DNA from: a virus
Taxonomy: Duplodnaviria > Caudoviricetes
Direction: 5' to 3' (one strand)
Virus record (IMG/VR): IMGVR_UViG_3300033121_001033
Coordinates: 1-64,000 of that record
Length of the DNA: 64,000 bases
Shown here: in pieces, positions 9,745 to 18,129 of the stretch
How the letters are laid out: each line of letters starts with the position of its first letter
Position numbering within the stretch: the stretch's first letter is position 1
Position numbers and translations under genes: made by a program
The notes under the pieces: model-generated
Told to the model about the DNA's origin: nothing
Databases searched by the model: none
The model's input: only the letters and a program-made list of their open reading frames with translations

Positions 9745-10848
9745 TTAAGAAGGTTCTACAATTAACCATGCAACAGTGGAAGTATCCGTTCCAGAACTTG
9801 ATGTTATAGTAAAACTCGTACCAACGCTTCTAGCCGAAATTCCTACCCATCCTGGAGTGCCACCGACCGATTGAGGTGTAATATATATTCGAGAATTTGC
9901 TGTTACAACTGTTGTATTAACAGTGACTGTTCCACCAACTAAAGTTGCAATCCCACCCCAATGATTTGAACCTTCTTTGATCGAAAGCATTGATCCATAT
10001 ATTGATCTCCAAACTTTAGAAGATGCTCCAAGATGATTACTGTCGTCAGTGACTGGTTGTACGAATCCGTTTGTAAAATCTACTTGCGCACCAGATGAAC
10101 TAATTCTTAAAACAGACGTTGAAGCGAATGCACCACCAGAATCTGCACCAATTGTTATTATTGGATGTGATACATCAATGTCTAATCCAAATCGGAGATT
10201 AGATCCGTTCGCAGAATAAACTCTAAACCTAGTTTCTCTGTTACTATCATCCCCGCTTCCAGTCATATTTGATGTAATTTCCCAAGAACGAGTTCCTTGT
10301 CGATAGTATCTTAACTCAGGAGTGGCGGCTGTGCTGTCCGAACAAAAATATATTCCACCATCTGAGGGTAGATTTAAGAAGCCATTTCCAATCTTAAGGT
10401 AATGCCCAGCCGAGTTAAAAAGAATTTGATCAGGGGCCGTTAAATATAAACTCTGCCCGGCAGCTGCACTAATTTCAAAAGGAACAGCTGCTGTTCCAGT
10501 CAGTAATCCAGACGGTTTAAGTTCTAACATTTTAGAACCTAGGTTGGTTTTAACTATGAATGATCCATCTGTTCCAGAACCATCTGCTAGTCCTATCCAA
10601 TTAGTAATGCTACCTCCATCACCATTTGATGCTGCGAGCGCAGATGATGAAACAAAGTTTATATTATACCCATTATCTATATTTGGATCACTTGCAGAAA
10701 TACCAATATCATTGTTTGTTGATAATAGTACTAATTGATCACCGTCGGCTCCGGTAATTGTTGATCCAGATGCGAAGGTAATATTGGTAGCAGCAGCAGG
10801 ATTAAATCCTCCGCCTCCTCCAGCTATTCCACTTCCTACTCCGCTCAT
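9745..10848 (-). CDS. Tail fibre-like protein
   Basis: C-terminal GIATLVGGTVTVNTTVVTANSRIYIT...SFTITSSSGTDTSTVAWLIVEP domain commonly ends phage fibres; Ser/Gly/Thr-rich. Confidence 0.65.
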   Translation of the reverse strand: MSGVGSGIAGGGGGFNPAAATNITFASGSTITGADGDQLVLLSTNNDIGISASDPNIDNGYNINFVSSSALAASNGDGGSITNWIGLADGSGTDGSFIVKTNLGSKMLELKPSGLLTGTAAVPFEISAAAGQSLYLTAPDQILFNSAGHYLKIGNGFLNLPSDGGIYFCSDSTAATPELRYYRQGTRSWEITSNMTGSGDDSNRETRFRVYSANGSNLRFGLDIDVSHPIITIGADSGGAFASTSVLRISSSGAQVDFTNGFVQPVTDDSNHLGASSKVWRSIYGSMLSIKEGSNHWGGIATLVGGTVTVNTTVVTANSRIYITPQSVGGTPGWVGISARSVGTSFTITSSSGTDTSTVAWLIVEPS

Positions 10849-10987
10849 TCAGTATAACTCCCTATAAAAATAACTAGATACCACTATACGAAAAATCTAA
10901 ATCATGTAGAATGGTTTATTAAATATTGTCTATTTTTTCACATTTTATATTTTTTGTCATTTGTATAAATCCTTATAAAATATATTC

Positions 10988-11296
10988 TTACCATGCGAAT
11001 ACACGAAAAGCCTCTCCGCCCGCTGCCGATCTAAGATATATTTTCCGTGCCCTGCGGAAGTCAAATGTAATTATATTTCCTGCGAGAGCTTTACCTGCAA
11101 CAGTTGTTCCGTCAAATGAAAATTCTATATAATTTGCTAAATCATCATTAGCAATAATAATACCCTGTGATAAAAATGGTGTTGAATCTGTCATATCAAT
11201 AAAATCTATTTGCGTACTTGCAAAAGTATTATCTACAACAGTAGACTCTACGTATAGATCATACGAACGAACACTTGTATTTCTTGTTCCGGCCAT
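10988..11296 (-). CDS. Small beta-rich putative virion protein
   Basis: 102 aa, all-beta pattern, in the structural module. Confidence 0.45.
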   Translation of the reverse strand: MAGTRNTSVRSYDLYVESTVVDNTFASTQIDFIDMTDSTPFLSQGIIIANDDLANYIEFSFDGTTVAGKALAGNIITFDFRRARKIYLRSAAGGEAFRVFAW

Positions 11297-11305
11297 TTTA
11301 ACTCC

Positions 11306-12022
11306 TTATAAACTCAATTTTCCGCGATACTTATAATCGCTCGAAGGTCCAAAAGAACTTCGGCCTATAAAACTTACACTTGATCTGTTTTGTCCAACTA
11401 TAGAGTGTTGAACTGTTTCCATAAAGGTTAAGCTAACTGTTGCTACTCTTGTTCTTCCTGATGGAAACCATGATTTATAGGTGATTTGACAGCTTTTAAG
11501 ATAGACTAAAATGCTGTCACTACCTTTTCTTCTACCTAATCTTGAATTAGGAAATACTAAATTTAATCTTGGTGGCGCTATCGCTCGACCACTTGTTTTA
11601 TCATAATCTACTGATTGATAGCTTTGCAAGTTATTAATTGCTGCATCAACATCAACTGTATATCTTGCAGATGGTAATAATGCTGTTCCTAATCCTGCGC
11701 CAGTTGTTGCGCCTGTTGCATCACTAAATGTTCCGCTAAAAGGATCATCTACTTCGGCAGTAAATATTGCATCAAATGATAGAGTTCTGCCGGCACCATT
11801 AATGAATTGAACAACAGGGTGTGATCCACCGGGAATTGTTTTTTCTGCCCAATTAGTATCACTATTGTCGGTTAACTGACTAGGCCAGTATTGAAATACG
11901 AATATATCATCTAACAAATCTGCATCAGCAGCAGTATTTAATCTTAATCCAGAAGGGACTAATTCTGGAAATAAATACGCGACTTGCGGTGTTGTTGATA
12001 TTATTGCATCAGTTAATGCCAT
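11306..12022 (-). CDS. Contractile-tail tube initiator / CIS-tube-domain protein
   Basis: FQYWPSQLTDNSDTNWAEKTIPGGSHPVVQFINGAGRTLSFDAIF...PPRLNLVF...R.ATVSLTFME is the CIS tube N-terminal domain pattern. Confidence 0.7.
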   Translation of the reverse strand: MALTDAIISTTPQVAYLFPELVPSGLRLNTAADADLLDDIFVFQYWPSQLTDNSDTNWAEKTIPGGSHPVVQFINGAGRTLSFDAIFTAEVDDPFSGTFSDATGATTGAGLGTALLPSARYTVDVDAAINNLQSYQSVDYDKTSGRAIAPPRLNLVFPNSRLGRRKGSDSILVYLKSCQITYKSWFPSGRTRVATVSLTFMETVQHSIVGQNRSSVSFIGRSSFGPSSDYKYRGKLSL

Positions 12023-12099
12023 TATTATTCTCCAAATATTATTATACCATAGATAATATCATTAACAATCAAAAACAAATGGAAACAAAAAAACCGGCA

Positions 12100-12795
12100 C
12101 TAGGCCGGTTTAGTTGGTTTCTTCCATTTGAATATTTCCAATTGTTTACCAGGATCTGGTGGTTTTTCATATATATCTATAACATCTGATACGCTTACCA
12201 GTCCTTGTTGTCGAGCTTTTATAAAAGTTTTAATTTCTACTAAAGACTGTATTAATTTTTGTTTGTCTTCATCATTTAATTTTTGTAAGTCTTGCTGTCT
12301 TGGTGCAACTAGAAATCTTGTACTATCATATATCTGTTTGCGTCTATAGACTTTACCTATTTTATCTTGAAATTTACCAACCTTTTCTGTTGAACCCCGT
12401 AGAAGACCCCATAATAAAGCATTTTCTCCAGCAAGAATAACCGCTAACGGTTTGATAATATTAAACTGTTGTTTAAAAAATGGAAAACATTTTCCGGGAG
12501 TGTTATCTTCTGGAAAATAATTCTTTTGTCCTCCATAACATTTCATTATATTAGTGAAGTAAACCTTTTCTGGGTCAATCTCAGCGTGTTGTAAGAGTTT
12601 GTCAAAAGCTTTACCGGAATTTCCAGTAAAGGCTTCATTGTTTTTATGGTCTGAATTAGAAGGATTTTCACCTAAAACAATAAGAGGAGACGCAGGGTCT
12701 CCTCGTGATATTGTTGGTTGTTCTCTTTCTTTAAAGAAAGGACACGCTTGACATAACTTTATATCAGTATAAAGTTGTTGTAGTTCTTTAGACAA
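12100..12795 (-). CDS. Uracil-DNA glycosylase, family 4 (Fe-S)
   Basis: CQACP, GENP (motif A), FTGNSG, TNIMKC, later Cys. Confidence 0.85.
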   Translation of the reverse strand: MSKELQQLYTDIKLCQACPFFKEREQPTISRGDPASPLIVLGENPSNSDHKNNEAFTGNSGKAFDKLLQHAEIDPEKVYFTNIMKCYGGQKNYFPEDNTPGKCFPFFKQQFNIIKPLAVILAGENALLWGLLRGSTEKVGKFQDKIGKVYRRKQIYDSTRFLVAPRQQDLQKLNDEDKQKLIQSLVEIKTFIKARQQGLVSVSDVIDIYEKPPDPGKQLEIFKWKKPTKPA

Positions 12796-13102
12796 GTTTC
12801 TCTACCACTACAGATTTAACTGAGAAAGTTTCACTGGTATTAAGAAGGACTAACTCTTTATTTAAGAAACGTTCTTTCATTTTTGGATCTGTCTCACAGA
12901 GTTTCTTAATATGGTCTTTTACTGTTTTAAGTGATGCATTCTTTTGGGATCTCTCATTAAAACCCTCTGGCCAATCAATTGGAATAAAAGATTTAAGTGA
13001 TTCTCCTGATGGCGAGCCCTTTGTGTGTTCAACGAATGCTAGTTGTTTAGTTGTAAAAGTCATTTTACGTTGTTTTTTAATACTGGTTTTTGATTCACTC
13101 AT
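12788..13102 (-). CDS. Hypothetical protein
   Basis: 104-aa coupled ORF. Confidence 0.5.
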   Translation of the reverse strand: MSESKTSIKKQRKMTFTTKQLAFVEHTKGSPSGESLKSFIPIDWPEGFNERSQKNASLKTVKDHIKKLCETDPKMKERFLNKELVLLNTSETFSVKSVVVEKLV

Positions 13103-13105
13103 AAA

Positions 13106-14041
13106 TTACTCCTTTGTTGTTTTTGTGTTTTCAAATATTTCTGGATGGTCATCTAGTAATTTTTCTAATTTTTCAAATACTTTTTCGTCTTTGAACCAAA
13201 TTAAACGACCACCACCCATTCGTTCCAATTGTTTCATATAGAAAGTCATTCTATCATGTACTTTTGTTTCTTTTGAAATTTGTTGCGATAAAAACTCAAC
13301 TAATGCACATGTTAGATTATTACCTTCTTTTGAACTACCCGTTAAATGCTCAGCAATCTCTAAAGCTGTATTGACAACTTGCATCTGTTCGGGATATAAC
13401 ATGAACGTTCTACGAGATGGCGATAAATTTTGTTGTTCTCGCATTGGAACAGGCAGCGCATCGGCAGTTTTAATAGAGTCTTTCTCTTGTAACTCTTTGG
13501 CTAATCTAGCATCATGTTCTTCTTTAGTCTCGACAATTACGGAGTTTTTAAGTTTCTCTATTTCTTTAGATCGCTTAGCCTTAGAAATTTCAGTGGTTAA
13601 ATCTTTAAGTTTTAGCTCTTTGGCTTTATTAACCCATTCATCAACATTATTATTATCTAGTACGGGTAATATCATCTGAACTCTACTGTAGCCAACACCA
13701 ACTAATTTTTTATTATCTACATTGAGTTGTTTGGCAAACTTCTTCCAAATTTTTCTAAGTCCATTAGCCATTGATTCAGTAATGCCAACTTCTTGTACTA
13801 CATAATCAATAAAAGTATGATAACCCCATTGTTCATATTTTTTATTATGAAATACAATGTATAAATCTTTAGCTAATAATAAATTGTCAGTATCTAATTT
13901 TTGAGATCGATTTATAATTCTTGATCTTAATTCTTCATCAGATTCAGATTTAATCAAATCATTGGGAAATGCTTCGTGTTCCATTATTGTTGCTAGTTCA
14001 GGCGGAACAATTTCTGGAATTATTTCTTTTTCTTCGGACAT
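13106..14041 (-). CDS. Hypothetical helical protein, possibly DNA-binding
   Basis: 311-aa ORF with WGYHTFIDYVVQEVGITESMANGLRKIW HTH-like segment. Confidence 0.5.
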   Translation of the reverse strand: MSEEKEIIPEIVPPELATIMEHEAFPNDLIKSESDEELRSRIINRSQKLDTDNLLLAKDLYIVFHNKKYEQWGYHTFIDYVVQEVGITESMANGLRKIWKKFAKQLNVDNKKLVGVGYSRVQMILPVLDNNNVDEWVNKAKELKLKDLTTEISKAKRSKEIEKLKNSVIVETKEEHDARLAKELQEKDSIKTADALPVPMREQQNLSPSRRTFMLYPEQMQVVNTALEIAEHLTGSSKEGNNLTCALVEFLSQQISKETKVHDRMTFYMKQLERMGGGRLIWFKDEKVFEKLEKLLDDHPEIFENTKTTKE

Positions 14042-14607
14042 TTAATACTTCCTTTATTCATTGAACTTCTTGCTAGGTCTAAGATCCAGAATGCATCTGC
14101 TTCGTTATCATCAGTAATAGTCTTAGAGTATTTTTGAGCCTCTTTAATCATTAAGTCTTTTTTAGAGTTTCCTTTGCCTGTAGCATGTTTTTTAATTGTA
14201 CCTACATCAAAAGAAAAATAAGGAATATTATTATCTTCACACCAAAGCATTAATACTCCTCGATAAGCGCCATAACTATGCGCTGGTGCCCAACCCGAAT
14301 GGGCAACAACATTTTCATAGAAAACAGCTTGAGCATCTTTAAATTGATTTAAAGCCTCATAAAATCGTGAATACCGATTACCATAATTAATTGGATTCTT
14401 TTTAGTTGAGCGTATGACTAAATTAAATACTCCAGAAGTAATAACTGAATCTGCGTAATACGCCCAACCACAACTTCCTCCGGTATCTACAGCGAGAAAT
14501 TTATCAATATTCGGATATGTCGGTGCCGTCTTCTGTTTCTTCTTCTTTATCTTCTTCGATTTCTCTGCTGTCTTTTTGCCAGGATTCCAAATCATCATTT
14601 TCTTCAT
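14020..14607 (-). CDS. RuvC-like Holliday junction resolvase (true start probably downstream of 14607)
   Basis: FLAVDTG, VFYENV, TIKKHATGKGNSKKDLM, DDNEADA acidic tetrad. Confidence 0.85.
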   Translation of the reverse strand: MKKMMIWNPGKKTAEKSKKIKKKKQKTAPTYPNIDKFLAVDTGGSCGWAYYADSVITSGVFNLVIRSTKKNPINYGNRYSRFYEALNQFKDAQAVFYENVVAHSGWAPAHSYGAYRGVLMLWCEDNNIPYFSFDVGTIKKHATGKGNSKKDLMIKEAQKYSKTITDDNEADAFWILDLARSSMNKGSIKCPKKKK

Positions 14608-14818
14608 CTATAACATCCATAATTTTAAAATCTCTAATATCTATTTCTTTACCACACCAAGGACAATACTTAAAGGCAATAACTGGTTTACCAGAAGGTA
14701 TTGTCACGTCAAACAACATGTAATCTGCTAGAATTGAATCCGATATTCCTGATTGTTCTTCGCTGATAACATCATATATAGTCACAATAACTTTTTCTTT
14801 CATCTTGCAGCAACTCAT
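14504..14818 (-). CDS. Small zinc-ribbon protein
   Basis: SCC and FKYCPWCGKEI motifs, acidic tail. Confidence 0.55.
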   Translation of the reverse strand: MSCCKMKEKVIVTIYDVISEEQSGISDSILADYMLFDVTIPSGKPVIAFKYCPWCGKEIDIRDFKIMDVIDEENDDLESWQKDSREIEEDKEEETEDGTDISEY

Positions 14819-15783
14819 AATGGAATTCTCTCACCTTCAATATCTTTTTTCGGAGGATCTCCGGGGGCTATTAATTTGAAACACCATTCTTTAACAGGAC
14901 AATACTTTGCTGCATCATCATTTTTACTTTGACATATTCTAGAACAGCTTTCAATTTTTGACATTGGAACTTGTTTCTTTTCATCTAAAATAGCTTGTAA
15001 TTCTAATGCTACTTTTTCACAATCTAAAATACGTTGTTCTATTTTATTCCAAAAAGCTTGGTCAAATTTTACAATAAATGGTTTGATATTTAATTTACCT
15101 GGTTTTATTCCATCTGGACCAAAAGCCCATTCGCATTGAGACCCTTTATTTTGATAAACTATTAATGTTTCTGTTGGACCCAATAATCTCATATACGCGT
15201 GCGCCTGTATAATATGTGATTCTTTTGGCGCTGTTATCGATTTAAAATCAGTCGGACTGGATGTTTTAAATTCAAAAATTCTTCTAACGCCATTTTTATC
15301 AATTAAAATTCCATCAGTATGACCGGTATATTTTAATCTTTTATCTTCTACCGGCAATTCACCATACAACATATTTTCTTGCCAAGGTGCGCCACATGGA
15401 CAATTTAATGGCATCGTTCCCTTTGTCTCTGTTTTACAAGATGAACAGGTCCAATCGCCATATAATTCACCCTTTGGCCCTAAATATCTATGTTGCCACC
15501 ACCAATGAAGTGCGTGACCAACATCGAAAGTAGCTTGCTGTCCGGCCTTTATAACTTCTTTTGGTGGCTTAAAAACATGATCTAACCAAATAGCTCTGGG
15601 ACATACACGAAATAATTCTGAGGCATGTAATCCAGGTGTTCTAACTCGTTGGTGTTTTGTTATATAATCGCCTTCTAACCATGAAGTAAAATCATTAAAC
15701 CATACCTCCGCAGTTAAATCTTGTTTTGGAGGATTATTGTCTTCCGGTTGTAGGAGATCCGCGATACCATCAAATAAACCCAT
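14815..15783 (-). CDS. Cas4/AddB-like PD-(D/E)XK exonuclease
   Basis: HASELFRVCPR, GHTDGIL, IFEFKT, QAHAYM, C-terminal Cys cluster (C..C...CPVKEWC). Confidence 0.8.
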   Translation of the reverse strand: MGLFDGIADLLQPEDNNPPKQDLTAEVWFNDFTSWLEGDYITKHQRVRTPGLHASELFRVCPRAIWLDHVFKPPKEVIKAGQQATFDVGHALHWWWQHRYLGPKGELYGDWTCSSCKTETKGTMPLNCPCGAPWQENMLYGELPVEDKRLKYTGHTDGILIDKNGVRRIFEFKTSSPTDFKSITAPKESHIIQAHAYMRLLGPTETLIVYQNKGSQCEWAFGPDGIKPGKLNIKPFIVKFDQAFWNKIEQRILDCEKVALELQAILDEKKQVPMSKIESCSRICQSKNDDAAKYCPVKEWCFKLIAPGDPPKKDIEGERIPL

Positions 15784-16175
15784 TAATTACTCGCAATTTT
15801 ATTTATTAAATTTTGAAATGTGTCCGAGGTCATAATAACCCAATCCTTGGGAATTGGGTCTTTTTGCCCTTCGAGTCTTAACTCGATTAATGGTGTTCTT
15901 TTTGTGGATAAAGCCTCGATAAAAATCTTCGAAAACCAATTACCTTGAAGAACCATTCCAGCACCGGATGTAGCCTTACATTCTCTAAGAAATGTAGCAT
16001 CATCTACATCGCCTGGTTTTCCTTTAATATTACCACTTCCGGGGGTCCTACGACCCCCAGATCTATTAGCAACAATTTTTTCATGTCTTTTTGAAATTTT
16101 AGTGGTAGGATCTTTTTGAAAATAATCTGGTTTTTTCTTGTTGCTTTCTTTGTTGAAATAATCAGGACTTTGCAT
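15783..16175 (-). CDS. Hjc-like PD-(D/E)XK resolvase/endonuclease
   Basis: HEKIVA..SGGRRTPGSGN..KPGDV....FLRECKAT. Confidence 0.7.
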   Translation of the reverse strand: MQSPDYFNKESNKKKPDYFQKDPTTKISKRHEKIVANRSGGRRTPGSGNIKGKPGDVDDATFLRECKATSGAGMVLQGNWFSKIFIEALSTKRTPLIELRLEGQKDPIPKDWVIMTSDTFQNLINKIASN

Positions 16176-16437
16176 TCATCTCTCGGATTAATTTTGAGTC
16201 TACATTAAGTTGATATCCATCGGAGGTGACTATAGTTGAAACACCATCTTGTTCAGATATTAATCCGACCATCATGGCACCCCACATTATAGTGCCCTCT
16301 TTTAATTCAGCTTTAAATAATGGTATATAACCATTCATAAACATAGTTCCTTCTGCGATACCATGTTTAGTTCTGATTCTATACATACACCAATTATCTT
16401 GATTTAATATAGAACATCTAATTAAAACTGGTTTCAT
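16162..16437 (-). CDS. Hypothetical protein
   Basis: 91-aa coupled ORF. Confidence 0.45.
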   Translation of the reverse strand: MKPVLIRCSILNQDNWCMYRIRTKHGIAEGTMFMNGYIPLFKAELKEGTIMWGAMMVGLISEQDGVSTIVTSDGYQLNVDSKLIREMNAKS

Positions 16438-17687
16438 TTACTTAATCTCTCAACTATTTCATTCCAAACTGCTTTTTGCATTTCTGGACTTGCAGCTAAC
16501 GCGGCTTCTAATTTTTCTTGTGTAGGTTCTTTCAAGTCCTTCCAGACATAACCTTCTTTGGTTTTTGTAAAAAGATTATAGTTCTTTCCATACGCAAAAA
16601 GACGTTCTACGTTATCAGGATCACCGACTCTGCGACCATGCGCATTTCTTAACCAATAGTTAAATGTTCCATAGCGACCTTTAGGACACATACTACTTTC
16701 GACTACTTTGAATTCTATTTCGGCATAGTCTGGGATCGCGTCTTCATCAGGAGTAAAACCTTTAGCGCCGCCACCAGCAGCTTTGTCTGTGAATTTTCCG
16801 TTACCATCGTCTACAAGATAGTGAACAGCACGTTTTGTGAATTTAATATCCAATGACGTAGCAAATCCTTGTCCTAATCCACCAGGAACAACGTCGGGCG
16901 AACCGTAACCATCTAATTTATTACGAATTTGATTCAATAATATAATTGTTGGCTTAGCTTTACCAGAGATTCCGCGTGCATTTAACGAAGATGTCCATTT
17001 GCGCATCGCTGAGTTAATAAGCATAGCGTTACGTCCCATAACTCCGCCATCTTCTGTAGCTTTATTAATCTCGGCAGAACTTACTACGTTAGCAATGGAG
17101 TCAAGTACTATAACACCAAATCCAGCTGATTCATCTCTAATAGCTGCGTCGATTAAGTCTACAACTTGCTCACCGGTTGGTGGTTGTTGAATCATAAGAA
17201 GATCCGGATGTTTAAATCCATGACCTAACATCCAACTTAAGTTATCACCTGATCGACCTTCGGCATCAACCCATAATACACCGGCAGGACTTCGATTATC
17301 ACAGTTACACTCTTCGCGTCTCATGCAAACAGAACAATGATTTTGCACTTCAGCAGCAGCATTTAATGCAGTCCCTGTTTTGGCTGATTTAGGCATTCCG
17401 AATAATCTGCACATTCGTCCTTGTGCTAGTCCGCCAAATGTAGCAATATCTAATGCAACATTACCAAATGAGATTCTAGGTACCTTAACATTAAGTTCTG
17501 ATGCCACACCGATATTTCCAGCCCACTTCTTTTGTGCAGCAGCTTTAAAAGCGCCAAATCCTTTATTTTCTCCTATTTTTTGTGCCGGTTTAACATTTTT
17601 TTCAGTTGTTTCTTCAACCTTTTCTGCTACTGTATCTTCGGACATATTTTCCTCATCACCTTCAGGATTCTTCTTTGGTCTTCCCAT
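16434..17687 (-). CDS. recA: RecA/UvsX-family recombinase
   Basis: GNVALDIATFGGLAQGR, LWVDAEG, VIVLDSIA, IILLNQIR, VVPGGLG...FATSLDIK; P-loop variant GMPKSAKT. Confidence 0.9.
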   Translation of the reverse strand: MGRPKKNPEGDEENMSEDTVAEKVEETTEKNVKPAQKIGENKGFGAFKAAAQKKWAGNIGVASELNVKVPRISFGNVALDIATFGGLAQGRMCRLFGMPKSAKTGTALNAAAEVQNHCSVCMRREECNCDNRSPAGVLWVDAEGRSGDNLSWMLGHGFKHPDLLMIQQPPTGEQVVDLIDAAIRDESAGFGVIVLDSIANVVSSAEINKATEDGGVMGRNAMLINSAMRKWTSSLNARGISGKAKPTIILLNQIRNKLDGYGSPDVVPGGLGQGFATSLDIKFTKRAVHYLVDDGNGKFTDKAAGGGAKGFTPDEDAIPDYAEIEFKVVESSMCPKGRYGTFNYWLRNAHGRRVGDPDNVERLFAYGKNYNLFTKTKEGYVWKDLKEPTQEKLEAALAASPEMQKAVWNEIVERLSK

Positions 17688-17697
17688 AATTCACCTA

Positions 17698-18066
17698 TTA
17701 CTTAGTTTTGTTTTCAGTTAATACTTTTTGAGTACGTCCCGTCAATTGAGCCAACGTTTGTTTAATTTCTGGAATATGCTCTTGAATCTTCTTGAAAGCT
17801 GCATCATAAGCCAGTTTAAAAGCTGCATCCATTTCTTCAATGTAACAGGGACGAGTAACACCAATTTCAATGCCTAGACTTTGATAATCCATACTAAGCT
17901 TTAAAGGAATGTGTACATGAACAGAAGCAGGAGTTGTTGCAAATTTATGAACTTCTAATGTTTCTTCTGTTGTATCAATTTTATCTATACCGTCTTTCAA
18001 TTTAGCAGTTTTCGTAACTGTCATCTTTGTAACTGCTATTTGTGAATCTTTTGATTTTGTAGCCAT
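17698..18066 (-). CDS. Hypothetical protein, lead gene of the recA operon
   Basis: 122 aa, strong AGGAG RBS, own promoter and structured leader. Confidence 0.6.
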   Translation of the reverse strand: MATKSKDSQIAVTKMTVTKTAKLKDGIDKIDTTEETLEVHKFATTPASVHVHIPLKLSMDYQSLGIEIGVTRPCYIEEMDAAFKLAYDAAFKKIQEHIPEIKQTLAQLTGRTQKVLTENKTK

Positions 18067-18121
18067 TTTAATCTCCTATATTAGCTTTTAGCGATACGCT
18101 GTAGCCACTATGATTATAACA
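18064..18121 (-). promoter_or_regulatory. Extended -10 promoter plus conserved 5' leader hairpin (copy A)
   Basis: TGtTATAAT-N6-GGCTAC AGCG TAT CGCT AAAAGCTAA TAT AGGAGATTAA aATG; near-identical element at 31146..31225. Confidence 0.75.
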
Positions 18122-18129
18122 CAATTCTA

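Noticed and set aside
14815-15783. CRISPR-Cas system suggested by the Cas4-like nuclease
   Set aside because: No repeat-spacer array or other cas genes seen; stand-alone Cas4-like exonucleases are common in phage recombination modules.
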